DNA of 64,000 bases from Octopus vulgaris. Its lineage: Eukaryota. Position numbers and translations under genes: made by a program. The stretch is from NCBI GenBank assembly GCA_951406725.2, contig OX597815.1:56420001-56484000 (forward strand), read 5' to 3'. Positions within the stretch are counted from its first letter, which is position 1. Each line of letters opens with the position of its first letter. The notes beneath the pieces were generated by a model. The model searched no databases, was not told where the DNA came from, and worked only from the letters and a program-made list of their open reading frames with translations. This document shows positions 51,335-64,000 of this stretch, piece by piece.

Positions 51335-54300
51335 AATTCGCGATTTTCTCAAGAACAAAGACGGTAACCAATACCTCAGAGTAGAATTAGTCGCTAAAAC
51401 AAAAAGGCTGTTGAATGTTGTAAGATATGACAGGCTCAGTAGTAGAAGTGGCTGCCAATGTAAACGTTAGTCTAATAGATGCAAGATGCTGTCATTGTAA
51501 CTCACTAATATTCATAGAAGAGCGCACTAGAGGAACATTGACCTGTCCTGATTTTAGTGCTTACTGTAAATCTACTTTAATTTGTATTCCAGAAGTACCA
51601 GATTTACCTGGCGAACTGCATGAATTGTTCATACTTTGTCCATAAGAAATAAAATATTTCAAAAGAAACATTCGGAGGTTCAGCAGTGCTAGGGTCATGT
51701 GTAGCATGAATACAAACGATGTCACAATCGCTCAACTTACATAATTAATAGAGTTGTTTATAGATTTCTTTGAAGTACCAAGAAATGGACGTTGCAGCAA
51801 AAATTATCCCGTGATTTCTTTTCAAAAACATTAAGTGATAGTGACTATTATCCACTGTATTGTCAGCAAAGTTTAACTTAATGAGGTTATACCGCTACTG
51901 TGCAAGTTGGAAGCAGAAATATCGAGGTGAGCCGACATGTAGTTCCCTATAATACTTGATTACTTCAAAAATATGGAATCCATTGAATGGTGCACATCTT
52001 GTCAAATATCCATATAAATACTGTTCTACAGTTGCACTGGAAAGAGAAAAAGAACAAGTTTGTCTTGATATCGGTGATGCAAATCAGCTACATTATTTAA
52101 GTATAAAAAGTGCAGGTGTCGTGAATCATCTAAATACTTTTCGAATTCCTCATTTGGAAAAAGAAAAGAAAAACATCCATAGAATGTTTTCAGATTTGCA
52201 TGCCCAATCAAGAACAAATATCTCTTTTTATCCAAACAACACAGAAATTGCTCTTCAATAAGCTCGATCAATTAGACTCAACTTATTTTGTTAAAAACGC
52301 TGAAAATCCTGTATTACTACATCCGTGAACATAAAATGCGGCAGTAATCGAATAAGACAAGACAATAACAATCTTTTTAGAGTAGATGAAAATTGATGTC
52401 AGATAATTGAAGAAAAATCTGGTGAATCATTAGCGTCTTTCCAGGATCAATGCTGCTAAGGGATCTTTTCTAAAAGAAGGCCAGATTTTTCTAGTTAACT
52501 AAATAATTTGAAACTTCGTATACTGGTAGAATGTGTCAAAAGAAAACATTAATTTCAACTAGTTTTTTTGAGAAAAATGTATTTTATAAGTTTAAACGTA
52601 GTTTAAATCTGCGAATTTTAACCAATCGTATTGTCTGTTTTGATCTGAAATTATTAGCTGCATAGTGTTACTGTGACGTAGACAGCTATTTTGTGAAAAT
52701 TTTAAACAGCGTGGGTAAGAAGTAAGCAAACAGCTGTGGTAGATGTGGTTATCATGGCAGTGGTGGTGGTGGTGTAGTGGTGACAGTGGATGTGTATGAT
52801 GGCAGCAATTATAGTGTTGGTGTTTTTGTAGAGGTGGTGGTGGTGGTGGCGGCAGTGGATGATGATGATAGTAGTAGTGGCATTGATTAAGTTAGGATGT
52901 CTCAGTGGTGGTTGTGAAGATGATTCTGATATTGATAGTCTTTGCATTGAGGTGGTGGCAGAGTCAGAGTAAATAATAAGAGCCCAGTTAACACAAGATT
53001 CTTAAATTTCGGAGATCATAAGATAGAGAGCAAGAAGTTAAAAGTTCCAATACTGGCCCAATTCCTACACCCCAGATTCTTCAACTATTTTATAAGAAAG
53101 GGGTTAATGGCAGGATAGGGATTCAGCTTAAAAATAAATTGTATAACAAAAAATACATAAATAAATTACTGCTCCAACGATGTAATTTTAGTATGTGTGT
53201 ATGTATGTATGTATGTGTGTGTGTGTGTATGTATGGATCAAAACAGTTTGATTCAAATTCTGTGGTACTTATATATTCATACATACATATACATGTAGAT
53301 GTATATAACATATATATATATATATTGTATGTAAACATCTTTTATATATATATAATGTATGCATCTATAATACACACACGTTATAAATATATACACATAT
53401 ATGCATTAGAATATGTGTGTATAGGTGTGTATATATATATATATATGCATATGTTTGTATACATGTGTGTGTAGCTATTTAGGATCTACACAAATTTTAT
53501 ATATACTCCACGAAGTTTGAAAGTGTTTAGTTATAAAAAATTATTTTTTAAATCTGTAGGTCAAAAGGTAATGATCCGGTATTTAAAATTTTTGTTGCAT
53601 TTCTAATCTTTCTGATGTCTAAGGATGGATATTTATGCGTATGAATCTTTTTCTTTTTATTTTGTTTCAAATATAATTCTAGGGAACTGAAAAAGCTGTG
53701 TACGATGCCAAGCGAATTTAGCTGTTTACGTTTTAGCTATTTACATGTTTACGTTAAGTACGTCACAAAATAGCTGTTTACGTCACAGTAACAATATTTT
53801 GAGAGGCAGTAAATGATATGAGGTCGAAACAAAGAATACCATTGGTTAAAATTCGAATTATTAAACAACGTTAAACTTAGAAATTACAATTCCGTTTTCA
53901 TTTTGGTTTACAATTATGTTTTCTTTTGACACATTCTACCAGTATACGAAGTTTCAAATTGTTTAGTTAACTAGAAAAATCTGGCCTTCTTTTAGAAAAG
54001 ATCCCCGCTAAGTTTGCCGACGATCAGCAAATCATCAGTAGGGTCGAGGATGTATATCGAGTATTATTGCAGTCTAAGTTACAGAAAAAGCATTGCTAAA
54101 GTACCTGTCTTGTAATTGGTAATATTTATTACCACTTGAATGTTCTGTTAGAACAAACTATATTGCGGTAGATACCATGAGAGAAACTCTTATTAGCTTC
54201 TGGTGCAAAATGTACTCTTTTTTTTATATCATTAACATAGATATATATCCGCCATCTCCAGCGCCGGTCATATGATTTCGACCGGTCTTGTCAAATGATG

Positions 54301-54950
54301 GATGCTCGACCGCTAGACATAGCAGGGACTCATCTCCCCGCCAGCTAATTGCGACACCAGCACCTGTTCTGGTACTGTTTTTGTATATAAGTCGTTGAAC
54401 TGGTTAAGAGCACTCTTGATATGAGAAATAAGGGCAGCGATGATGACATGAGTTTACTGAGGTAGTTATTGAATGCCAAGAACTTTGCCTCAGCCTTCTT
54501 TCTAAAAAAGAAACACCCCACGAAAATAAAGCCCCCTCCCTCATCGATTGGAACTGCCGACATTTTTCTAGATATCAACTAGGAAATCTTTTAGGCTGAA
54601 TATCATTTATGTCAGCTTCACTAATAACTGAAAGCCTTCAGAAACTGGTTATTGCTCTATTGAAAATAGTTCTAAATTACACTGTATAATTGCAACCTCA
54701 ATTGCCAATTTTTTGCATTAAATCGTTTTACAACTTGAATGTTACCAGTAGAAAGCACAGATTTAATAGATCAAAAACCAGTGGAAAATGTTAAGCTTTC
54801 GCAAAATGCAGCCAAAATATGGTTGAGACATGAAGGCACCGAAGTATGAATATATGATTTATGCAAGTAAAATAAGTTATAAAGTATCATATTCGATCAC
54901 AGATCCCCAACATTCGAAGACATCGTCACGTGATAAGTAGAGGACGCTGA
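51335..54950 (+). pseudogene. Helitron Rep/helicase remnant, heavily deleted and interrupted by a MITE
   Basis: RCCHCNSLIFIEE..FSAYC..P..PDLPGELHELF..FKRNIRRF (N-terminal Zn region) and VVPYN..LLQKY..KYPYKY (Rep region). Only weak Pif1-like traces after 54650. Confidence 0.65.
52461..54004. mobile_element. Merlin-like MITE
   Basis: TIR GGATCTTTTCTAAAAGAAGGCCAGATTTTTCTAGTTAACTAAA; 8-bp TSD CTGCTAAG/CCGCTAAG. Confidence 0.85.
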
Positions 54951-56404
54951 ACATTTGTATGAAATCGTTTTATATTGATTTTACTAATACTCAGTTGAAA
55001 TGTCTTTTGCTGTTTGATGTTAGTGTCGTTAAAACTCATTGATGGATAGAATTACTTTGATATATTTTCATATATCGCCATACATTTTTATCTAATCATT
55101 ATCACCTCACTAAAGTTTATATCACTTCAACTACGCAATTGGAGGTAAGATATTTATTTAAAATGAGCTTCTTTACACTGTATAGTTTCATGATTTTTAG
55201 AAACAAAACTACATTTTTCAGTCAATAGTTTAATCATTAATGTGTTTAACATGTATTTGTTGTAAATTTGCGTATTGTTTTCAAAACGCGTTGATCCTCC
55301 TGTAGATAATTTGATTTCGACTAATAAATTATTTTATTTAATCATTTACTAACTAGACTGGTATTTTTAAATATCTTAATTTAAAACTTGTTCAAATAAA
55401 TTTTTTTTTTCAAAAATTACATTTCAAAATGTTCAATTGATTTGCAAATACAATATCTTAATTTGTTCAGAAAAGAAATGAGATTGTGTGACGTTCCTTC
55501 ATTTCTTAGTAGCGATCTTTTTGATATCCCGCCAATGGGTAGCTATCAAAACTCACTGTTTCAGAATGATTTAAAATAAAACATTGCTTCAAAATGTCAT
55601 GTTAATTCCTGTTCCAATCACGACATTCTTTGTTATTTTCAAGATTAGTTAAAACAATGACTATTTCAATAAAGGGATTTGATGTTAAATATTAATCACC
55701 ACTTTTTATCGACAAGAATCTTGCTTTAGATTAGCAGCTAGCTTCTGACGAGTTGAATTCTCGAGATAGTTGGTGTTCTTACTTGTAACTATAAATTTAT
55801 TAATGTTCTTCACAAAATCTTTGTTTTACCATCACATTTTAACGACAACAACATTTCAGTGATTTAAGTTTTTGCATTAAAATCTTTGATAGTACTTCAA
55901 GTTCTATTTAGAATTATTACTATAACTAAGACAACGCCGAACTATTGAAACAAAAAGGTATTTCAATAATTTTATATCAATATCATTTGTAATTGTTTGT
56001 ATTTTATTTTTTTGCGAAATTTTAATGAACAATTCAAATCAGTTGATGTGCAGATTAGCAACAAGACAAGAATCGGCATTCAAGAATCCATGGATTAGAA
56101 AATAAATTTAGTGACCTCGGGACGAGACTGTGTATTCCGCTCGGGCTAATTAAATTTCATTTCTATTAACTAAAACAATTCAAAATAGTCTTTAATTCAA
56201 TTATTACAAATAAACAAGCACTGATATTCATGATGTGCGAATCATTGAGGCAGTTAAGTTTTTTTTCAGGAAAACTTTCTTGCCTTCACAAGATGAGAAA
56301 ATTGGACAAAACAGAAAAGAAAAAGAAAAAAAAAGCCCTAAAACAATTCGGTATTATTTGATTCTTTCACCCGATTTTCACAAAGTAAAAAACTCGGATT
56401 TTTT

Positions 56405-59400
56405 TTATGTACCCTGACCTAATATGCTGCAAAATCCTTATTTGTGCTCGGAAAAAGTGGGTGGCTGGGACCCCCACTATATCCCGGAATCATTGGAATT
56501 TTTTTTTTCGTTTAATGAATTCCGGTGACATAATATGCTACAAAATCCTTTTTTGGGTCCGGAAAATGGGGTGGGGTGAGGTGGAAGCCTTGAAAATTTC
56601 ACCTCCACCCCCATCGGTCTTTCACCCGCACGATTTTCACTAAGAAAAAAAAGAAAAAAAACTCGGATTTTTTGCATGGAATCAAGTACCCTGATCTCCT
56701 AATATGCTGTAAACCCCTTATTTTTGTTAGGAAAAATAAAAAAAAGGACGGGGGGACCGAACCCCCCCCCCCCTCATATCCTGAAATCATTGGAAACTTT
56801 TTTTTTGTTGACTGAATTCCGGTGACCTAATATGCTGCAAAACCTTTTTTGGGGTCCGGAAAACAGGGTGGGATGGGGTGGAACCCTCGGAAATTTCACC
56901 CCCAACCTAATTTTCAAATGTTGGCGAAGTTTCGCATGTCGTAGCGCAGATTTCCGTCGATTTCCGTAAAAAACTTTTATTTTTTTACATAAGTAATGAG
57001 AGCGAAAGAGACTAAGAGGAAGCGATTTTATGACGAGAAGGTTTCACTTTGAAATCGGCCTGTGTGTGTTTGATGGGGTGTGGGAGACAGACAGTATGTT
57101 GTGTAAGTGAAGTGCTTCTGTTAGTGTGTGCGAAGAGACAGAGAGAGTAATGTGTGAAAGAGAGAGATAACTGATTTTTTACTCGGTGTATGTGTATATG
57201 TATGTATGCATGTATGTGTATATGTATGTATGCATGTATCTATGTATGTGTGTGTGTGTAAGTATGTGTGTATGTATGTATGTATGGCCGATTCATCGTA
57301 ATTTTTTACTCGGTGTATGTGTATATGTATGTCTGCATGTATGTGTGTGTGTGTATGTATCTATGTATGTGTATGTATGTATGTGTGTATGTATGTATGG
57401 TCGATTCAGTGTAATTTTTTACTCGGTGTATGTGTATATGTATGTCTGCATGTATGTGTGTGTGTGTATGTATCTATGTGTGTGTGTGTGTGTGTAAGTA
57501 TGTGTGTGTGTATGTATGTGTGTGTGTGTATGTATGTATGTATGTACTCGGTGTATGTGTATATGTATGTCTGTCTCTTCGCACACACTAACAGAAGCAC
57601 TTCACTTACACAACATACTGTCTGTCTCCCACACCCCATCAAACACACACAGGCCGACTTCAAAGTGAAACCTTCTCGTCGTAAAATCGCTTCCTCTTAG
57701 TCTCTTTCGCTCTCATTACTTATGTAAAAAAATAAAAGTTTTTTACGGAAATCGACGGAAATCTGTGCTACTACAACCGAAACTATGCCCAAATGTTTTT
57801 TGCTATTTCTTTCTTTACCCATAATTTTAGATAACATTTTGCAGAAATACGTTTTCGAGAGAGTGTGGATTACATTAGATTGAAAACTCAAAGAAGTTTG
57901 AAATGAATAAGTGAAAATGCAGAGGTTACAGAAGTTATTTGGTAACGAAATGTGTGGAGAGATAACAAACGATAAATTCATCCAAAAAAAAAAACACGTT
58001 AGAGTTTTTGCTTGTATGTGTGAAACGAAGTAAAAGTAACATAATATCTTTTTCCTACCTCTTAAAATCACTGGTTATAATATATATAATAATCCTGAAT
58101 AGATTTTTCCCATGGCAATTTTTGGCGCCGAAATGTGTTTCATTTTTGTGTGGGGTGGGAGAGAGAAAAAAGAGTGAGTGGGTAACAATCATAATTATAT
58201 ATATCATTATACATCATCATCGTTTAACGTCTGCTTTCCATGCTGGCATGGGTTGGACGGTTTGATTGAGGACTGGTAAGCCAGGAGGCTGCAATGAGAC
58301 TCCAGTCTGTTCTGGCAAGATTTCTACAGCTGGATGCCCTTCCTAACGCCAACCACTTCGAGAGTGTAGTGGGTGCTTTTCAAGTGTAACTGTTACAGGG
58401 GCCAGTCAGATGGCACTGACACTGATCACGCTTGAATTGTACTTATGTGGCACTGGCACCGGTATTGGCTGCACCAGTGCCATCTGACTGGTTCCTGTGC
58501 CAGTCAGTGGTTGGCGTTAGGAAGGGCATCAAGCTGTAGAAACCTTGCCAGAACAGACTGGAGTCTCAGTCAGACCGTCCAACCCATGCCAGCATGGAAA
58601 GCAGACGTTAAATGATGATGATGTATAATGATATATATAATTATGATTGTTATCCATTCAATGTTTAGGTAAACTTTGTTACCCACTCACTCACTCTTTC
58701 TTTCTCTCTCACCCCAAGCAAAAATGGACACATTTCGGTGCCAAAAATTGCCATGGGAAAATCTGTTCGAGATTATTATATATATTATATCCAGTGATTT
58801 TAAGAGGTAGGAAAAAGATATTTTGTTACTTTTACTTCGTTTCACACACATATATGCAAAAACTGTTTTTTTTTTTGTTTTAGATGAATTTATCGTTTGT
58901 TATCTCTCCACACACTTCATTACCAACTAACTTCTATAACCTCTGCATTTCACCTATTCATTTCAAATTTCTTTGAGTTTTCAATCTAATGTAATCCACA
59001 CTCTTGAAAATGTATTTCTGCAAAATGTTAACTAAAATTATGGGTAAAGAAAAAAATAGAAAAAATATTTGGAAATGAGGTTGAAATTTCTGAGGGTTCC
59101 ATCCCACCCTGTTTTCTGGACCCCAAAAAAGGTTTTGCAGCATATTAGGAGGTCAGGGTACCTGATTCCATGTAAAAAATCAGAGTTTTTTTTCTTAGTG
59201 AAAATCGTGTGGGTGAAAAGATCAGTGGGGTGGGGTGGGTGAAAATTCCGAGGCTTCCACCTCATCCACCTTGTTTTCTGGACCCAATAAAAAGGGTTTT
59301 GTAGCATATTAGGAGGTCACTGGAATTCATTCACTGAAAAGAAAAAATTTCCAACGATTCCGGGATATAGGAGGGAGGGTCTGGTACCCCACCTTTTTTT

Positions 59401-59453
59401 TCTGAACAAAAATAAGGAGTTTGCAGCGTATTAGGAGGTCAGGGTACTTGATT
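56405..59453. repeat. ~3-kb imperfect foldback (inverted repeat) structure
   Basis: 56405-56922 plus 57790-58420 mirror 58474-59453; ~290-bp subrepeats in the outer arms. Confidence 0.85.
56923..57789. mobile_element. Merlin-like MITE with ~220-bp TIRs around a (TGTA)n/(TG)n core
   Basis: GGCGAAGTTTCG.../...CGAAACTATGCC termini; perfect 8-bp TSD CAAATGTT. Confidence 0.9.
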
Positions 59454-59455
59454 TA

Positions 59456-62280
59456 CCAACAATTCATCACCCTGGTTTGAAAAGTTGGGGGTGCTGGGAA
59501 ACCTCTCTAATGGCTATTGAGGCACACTTGCAGTTTTGCCATGGGTGATGGTGGCACTAGCAGACAGTAAGCGGTGCCTTGGAAACTGGTCCGATTGGAT
59601 AAAGAGGGAATCGAAGGTGGCCTTTGTTCTTGGGAGCAGACAAACCCAATTCCCTTCAGTGTTGGAGAGCTTCATCCAACTCCTTGTTGGAACTGGTCCA
59701 TTTTGGAGAGGAGAGGATGTTGCTCACCAGGGTAGAGGAAAGGAAGTGGGAGAAAGAGGGACGAACACTTACAAAGACCAAGACTTCCAAATCACTTGAG
59801 CAATGCATTATGATCGTGGGATATTGGAGAGAGTCTGACATTGACCAAGCATTCAAGTCTCCAAAAATTAGGTTGTTGAAGCGTTGGAGGCATGATGGGA
59901 ATTGGTAAAATGAGCTGATTCTGAGCAAATATAAAGCTTAGGGATTGTGAGGTAATTCCTAAGTATGAAAAAACCTCAATGGCGTTCGATAACTTCAATA
60001 TTTTCAGCAATTGCTCAAGGGCAGCCACCTTCGACTAGAAGATGGACTCAAAGCCAAGGTCAGTGATTGAGGCTCCTAAGGAGCACCAAGCCGATAGGAG
60101 AGGGATTGCAATGGAAGGGAAGGACTCTGCAAAAAGGTCAATAGTTGATTGATGTTGAGAATCCGGGTGGTTGATGATCCAGGGTTCATATTTGGAGCTG
60201 TTTACTTGGAGACTCCGATGACCAAGCTCCCCAACCATCATGTTTGCAATGGTGAGAACCCTGTCCAGAGTTCCTCCCAAACAAGCATTGTCGAGATACC
60301 AGGTGTTGAGGTCTAGCTCAACTTCCATCTTGGTGATGTCATCAATGCCCTGTGCAAACAGTGGGCCTGAGTGGTTGCCCTGTTGGACTCCTGAAGTGGA
60401 GGTGATGATTTGGTCACCGAAAGAAAGATTTGGTCCCGAGAAGCCTCCATGCAAGGCGGTAGAGTTTGGGACCTTCTCTCTTACTGAGCTGAGGACAGCA
60501 TCACAGCTCATGGAATTGGAGGCATTCTTAAGGTCAAGTTTGAGGATGACCTTGGGTGACAAGGAGGACAAGTTGGCATAGGCTTTGCTAGTGTAGGCAG
60601 CAGCTTCACATTCCATTTTGGTACCCACTCCTAGCTGGGTGGGGGGAAATGCCTCCTCCAATAAGCTAGAGACCGATTGTAAGCGCACCTTTGCAGTGAG
60701 ATGGCATAGGGTGCAGCCGATCGCAATGGGGTGCAGGTCTCCATTCTGTTTAATGAGGCCAAATAATTTTGCTCTGAAGAATAGTGAACAGGTAAAGCGG
60801 ATGACGTTCCCTGAAGAGAACTGGTTCACAAACTGAGTCAAATTCTCTAAGAGCTCAAGTCCAACATCACCTATAAGGAGATACAAGCCTATAAGGAGAT
60901 ACCATCCTTGAGGTGATGAAGCCAAGGGCCATCAATTCCCACACCTGAACCAGCAGGGAAGGATGAAATCACCTTTCTGATGTTATCAGAGGTAAAGACC
61001 GGTCTCAAGTATTCTGGGTGATTGGGCCAGTTTAGTTGATTATCTAGGGGTACTGGTAGGTGCTTCTCTTTCAGACGTCTAAGTGACTCAGAGTTACATG
61101 GAGCGAGGTAGGATTGAGAAGAGAGGAGACACAGACCCTTTTATGTCAAATTCGCTGAATTTAGCATTGACTGCATGCTTGAGGTTTATTGATTGCCTGC
61201 CGGTAGGCACCATGCTCAATGTCAAATTGAGGTGAGAAGTAGTCGAGGTAGACTCAAATAACTGGAACTTTTGCTTGAGAGAGGATGTAAGGAAGCTCGA
61301 TTTTACATCGTGCACGTGGAGAGAGATGCAAGGGAACAGAAACATTTTCTGCCAGTTGGATGTATTGTTCGATAAACATACTTTTTTAAACAAGCTGGTG
61401 AGTGCACAAGCAAATCTATTCTGAGCTCCCTTAGGGATCCAATTAATGAGCTTCTATTTGGATAAACTCCTGAGAGCTGCAGTAGAAAGCTGGTTGTCGG
61501 AGTGTGAGGCGTTTCCACAGAGTGCATCAGAGCTGAAGTGGCACTGATTGCAGGTCCAGTATGGAAGACTTTCAGCTTGAGCCTTGGTGAGGTGGACACA
61601 ACTTCTGTTGTAATTTTGGTGGCACAGGTGATAATTATCTTTAAGTATCGGCCAGTGCAAGCTCAGAGAGCACAGTCAGATGGTGAACTACCATAGACTG
61701 ACAGTAGAAGGCTAGCAGTGGAACTCAATTGAAGGAGTTAGCAGAGGAGGCAGGATAAGCAGCATTGGTTCCAAAGGTGGGACTAGAATGGAGGTTGGGT
61801 GGTGCAGGGAAGTGTTAAAAGTTGTAGGAATAGTGAGGTTGGCAGAGTTAATTCCGTTTCCATCAGTGGGACTAGAATGAAGGTTGGGGGGGAAGGTTAA
61901 AAGTTGTTGGAGTGGTGGGGTTGGCAGGGTTAATTCTGTTCGGAACCTGTGATGGAGAGGTTATCTTCTCTTGAGCGTGCCGAAGTTGGTGGAGAACGAG
62001 AGGTCAGAGGTTGAGCTATTGTTGCATAGTCGCTCCACCAAGCTGGTCTCTTAAATGTTTGACGCATGCCTCTGCCACCAAGAATGGATATGTTAAAGTG
62101 GTGGCAACTCCACCAATCGTCAGCTGCTGGTGATTGGGAGAGAAAGAGCAACGAATATACAAGATTAGTGGGGGAAGAAAAAGAGAGAGAGAGGAAAAGA
62201 AAAGAAAAGTGGCAAAACTTTACAGAGTGCTGTCAAAAAAGTTTAAAGAGTCACGCACATACAACATCCTCTAAAATGGC
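59456..62280 (-). mobile_element. CRE-clade-like non-LTR retrotransposon, decayed and 3'-truncated
   Basis: HPIAIGCTLCHLTAK, QLGVGTKMECEAA, LKLDLKNASNS, GVQQGNHSGPLFA and WYLDN motifs; upstream C..C..CVHL..W.CNQC (PHD-like). The 5' limit is approximate. Confidence 0.8.
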
Positions 62281-62495
62281 AGAGGGAATAGAGCAAAACA
62301 AGATAAAGAAGATAAACGGTTGAATAGGTCAAGATCATAAGTGCCAAAATGCAAAAAATAAATTTAAAAATTACAAAATATTAGATGATGTAATAATATA
62401 GGGGTGGTGGGGTACAATGAGGTGTTTTTACTGCATTTTTGACTTTGAGACAAAATATATTTTTTTTATAAATGTTCAACTACCTTACAAAAACT

Positions 62496-62597
62496 GGCGA
62501 AAGTAAAGAATACACACGCCTTGTCTAGGGTTAGGTTTTAAGGTTAAGGTTTTTGTTATGCCAAAAACTGGTGGTATCTGTATTCTTTACCTCTGCC
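62496..62597. mobile_element. 102-bp GG-terminated MITE with telomere-like core
   Basis: TIRs GGCGAAAGTAAAGAATACA and GGCAGAGGTAAAGAATACA; perfect 9-bp TSD ACAAAAACT. Confidence 0.85.
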
Positions 62598-63559
62598 ACA
62601 AAAACTATATTAGCTAAGCAAATGATCTTCTCTAAGAGCATTAAAAACATAACTTGATCTGATCACTATTTCAGAAAATTATCACAGTTCTCTAATTAGA
62701 GAATACTCATCATAAAATATTCTCTATAGCCTTATCATGACCTGCTGGAATATCTCCATGATATTTGCAGTTAAAGAGAAGAAATTGTTGAAATTAGTCA
62801 TTGCTTGTTTTACCCAATTTTAGACATTTTTTTTAAAACTTGAAAATTATCAAACTAGACATTAGTGTTGGAATCCAATAGAGAAAAGAATATTGATGGT
62901 TAAAAACCAAAAATTATCCAGATATCTTATTAGCAACTTCAATTACAAGCAAGTCAAATTCGAGGAAAAATTTCTTGAAGAAACAGTACCTGTCACTTGA
63001 CTTATATTTCTGACTCTCTCAACTTCAACAGCTATGCTGATGTAATTCTTGCAATGTAATGATTTTAAACATGTAGGGAAGAAATGAAAAATTATTTATT
63101 TTACTCCGGTTACTAATTTTGTGCCCACCCTCCACTAGAATAAAAGTACTGGGTAATTAGATAACATTTAACAGAAATATATTGGCTGTGCCTTTGGTTA
63201 GCATTGGAAGTATGTTGGGGAATAATGTGTTAACATATTTAGATCCAGGGCCATTAAAAAATTTAACGGTGAAGAAATTTGAAAAATGAGCTAGTGAACT
63301 TTCAAGTTTTAAGAAAATACAGGAGATAATTCTGCATATAATTCAGCTGTATTCTAAACTTATTAGCAAAACATCGTTCTCTGTATACATGCCCAAATTT
63401 ACATATTCAACCTGAAGAGTTTGAGAACTCTATATGTTTCTCAAATGTGAAGGCATTTGCAAAATGGAAGACTTCTCTGCAAAGTAAAAGCATAGTTTTT
63501 GTTAAATTTTACATTATGCTCAGTAAAATGAAAAATAAACAAAGGAACGCGCAAACACA

Positions 63560-64000
63560 TAAAGGCAGTGTATAGCAAGGTTACTAAGGCATTTTTCTCT
63601 TTAAAGAAGTCTATAGCTTGTGATTTTCTTCAGTAGCTCCTGCAGATAGTCAGTCACTCTTGACTGTTTTCATTCAATCATTGGGTAGAACACTTCTCTG
63701 AGCTCCTTGACAGACCCTCTAATGTTGACATAAATGTTATTGAATAAATGGAAAGTTAGATGCAATGGCATTAGATCCAACTGGAAGTGACATTGCTTTT
63801 GCTGAACAAAAATTAGATAATAAATCTCCTAACCTGGATGCTATTAATACTAAGTTTCTCAAGCATGGATGTGAGAAAATGGTAGAACTTTCACATGCAT
63901 ATCCCATTGTTGGAGTGAAGAGGCGGTATTGCAAAACTAGATTGATGCTGTCATTTCCTCCTTTTCAAATCTGGTGCCAAGGACGAATGTCATAATATTA
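63560..64000 (+). pseudogene. Old RTE-like LINE fragment (pre-RT region)
   Basis: WVEHFSELLDRP..PT..KLDNKSPNLDAINTKFLKHG matches the W.EHF..LLN..KSPG.DGI..E.LK.G pattern. Confidence 0.7.

Noticed and set aside
63765-63995. 76-aa ORF as a host gene exon
   Set aside because: It matches the LINE pre-RT pattern and is surrounded by stops and frameshifts

Overview
AT-rich, repeat-dense animal genomic DNA. The SINE, RTE and Penelope repertoire and the (TA)n/(TG)n load suggest an octopus or other cephalopod, but this is an inference. Only one host coding exon is recognisable: the first coding exon of a SPEF1/CLAMP-like ciliary gene (minus strand, 11479-11581). It has candidate 5' non-coding exons, RFX X-boxes, and a first intron of more than 11 kb filled with stacked Penelope-like elements that carry hammerhead ribozyme motifs. 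The rest is decayed and nested transposons: a two-LTR Gypsy-like element split by a DNA transposon, Tc1/mariner/pogo elements (one Tc1 transposase has a spliceosomal intron), RTE, R4-like, CRE-like and Tx1-like LINEs, a Helitron remnant, Merlin-like MITEs and large foldback structures. The most unusual locus is 33.6-41.7 kb. There, a full Tx1-like LINE and an ORF1-only relative are stacked at the same 14-bp site, immediately next to a hammerhead-ribozyme-bearing repeat. Most ORFs in the supplied track are microsatellite or TE artefacts. All calls were made by eye. Boundaries of degraded elements are approximate unless a TSD or TIR is quoted.
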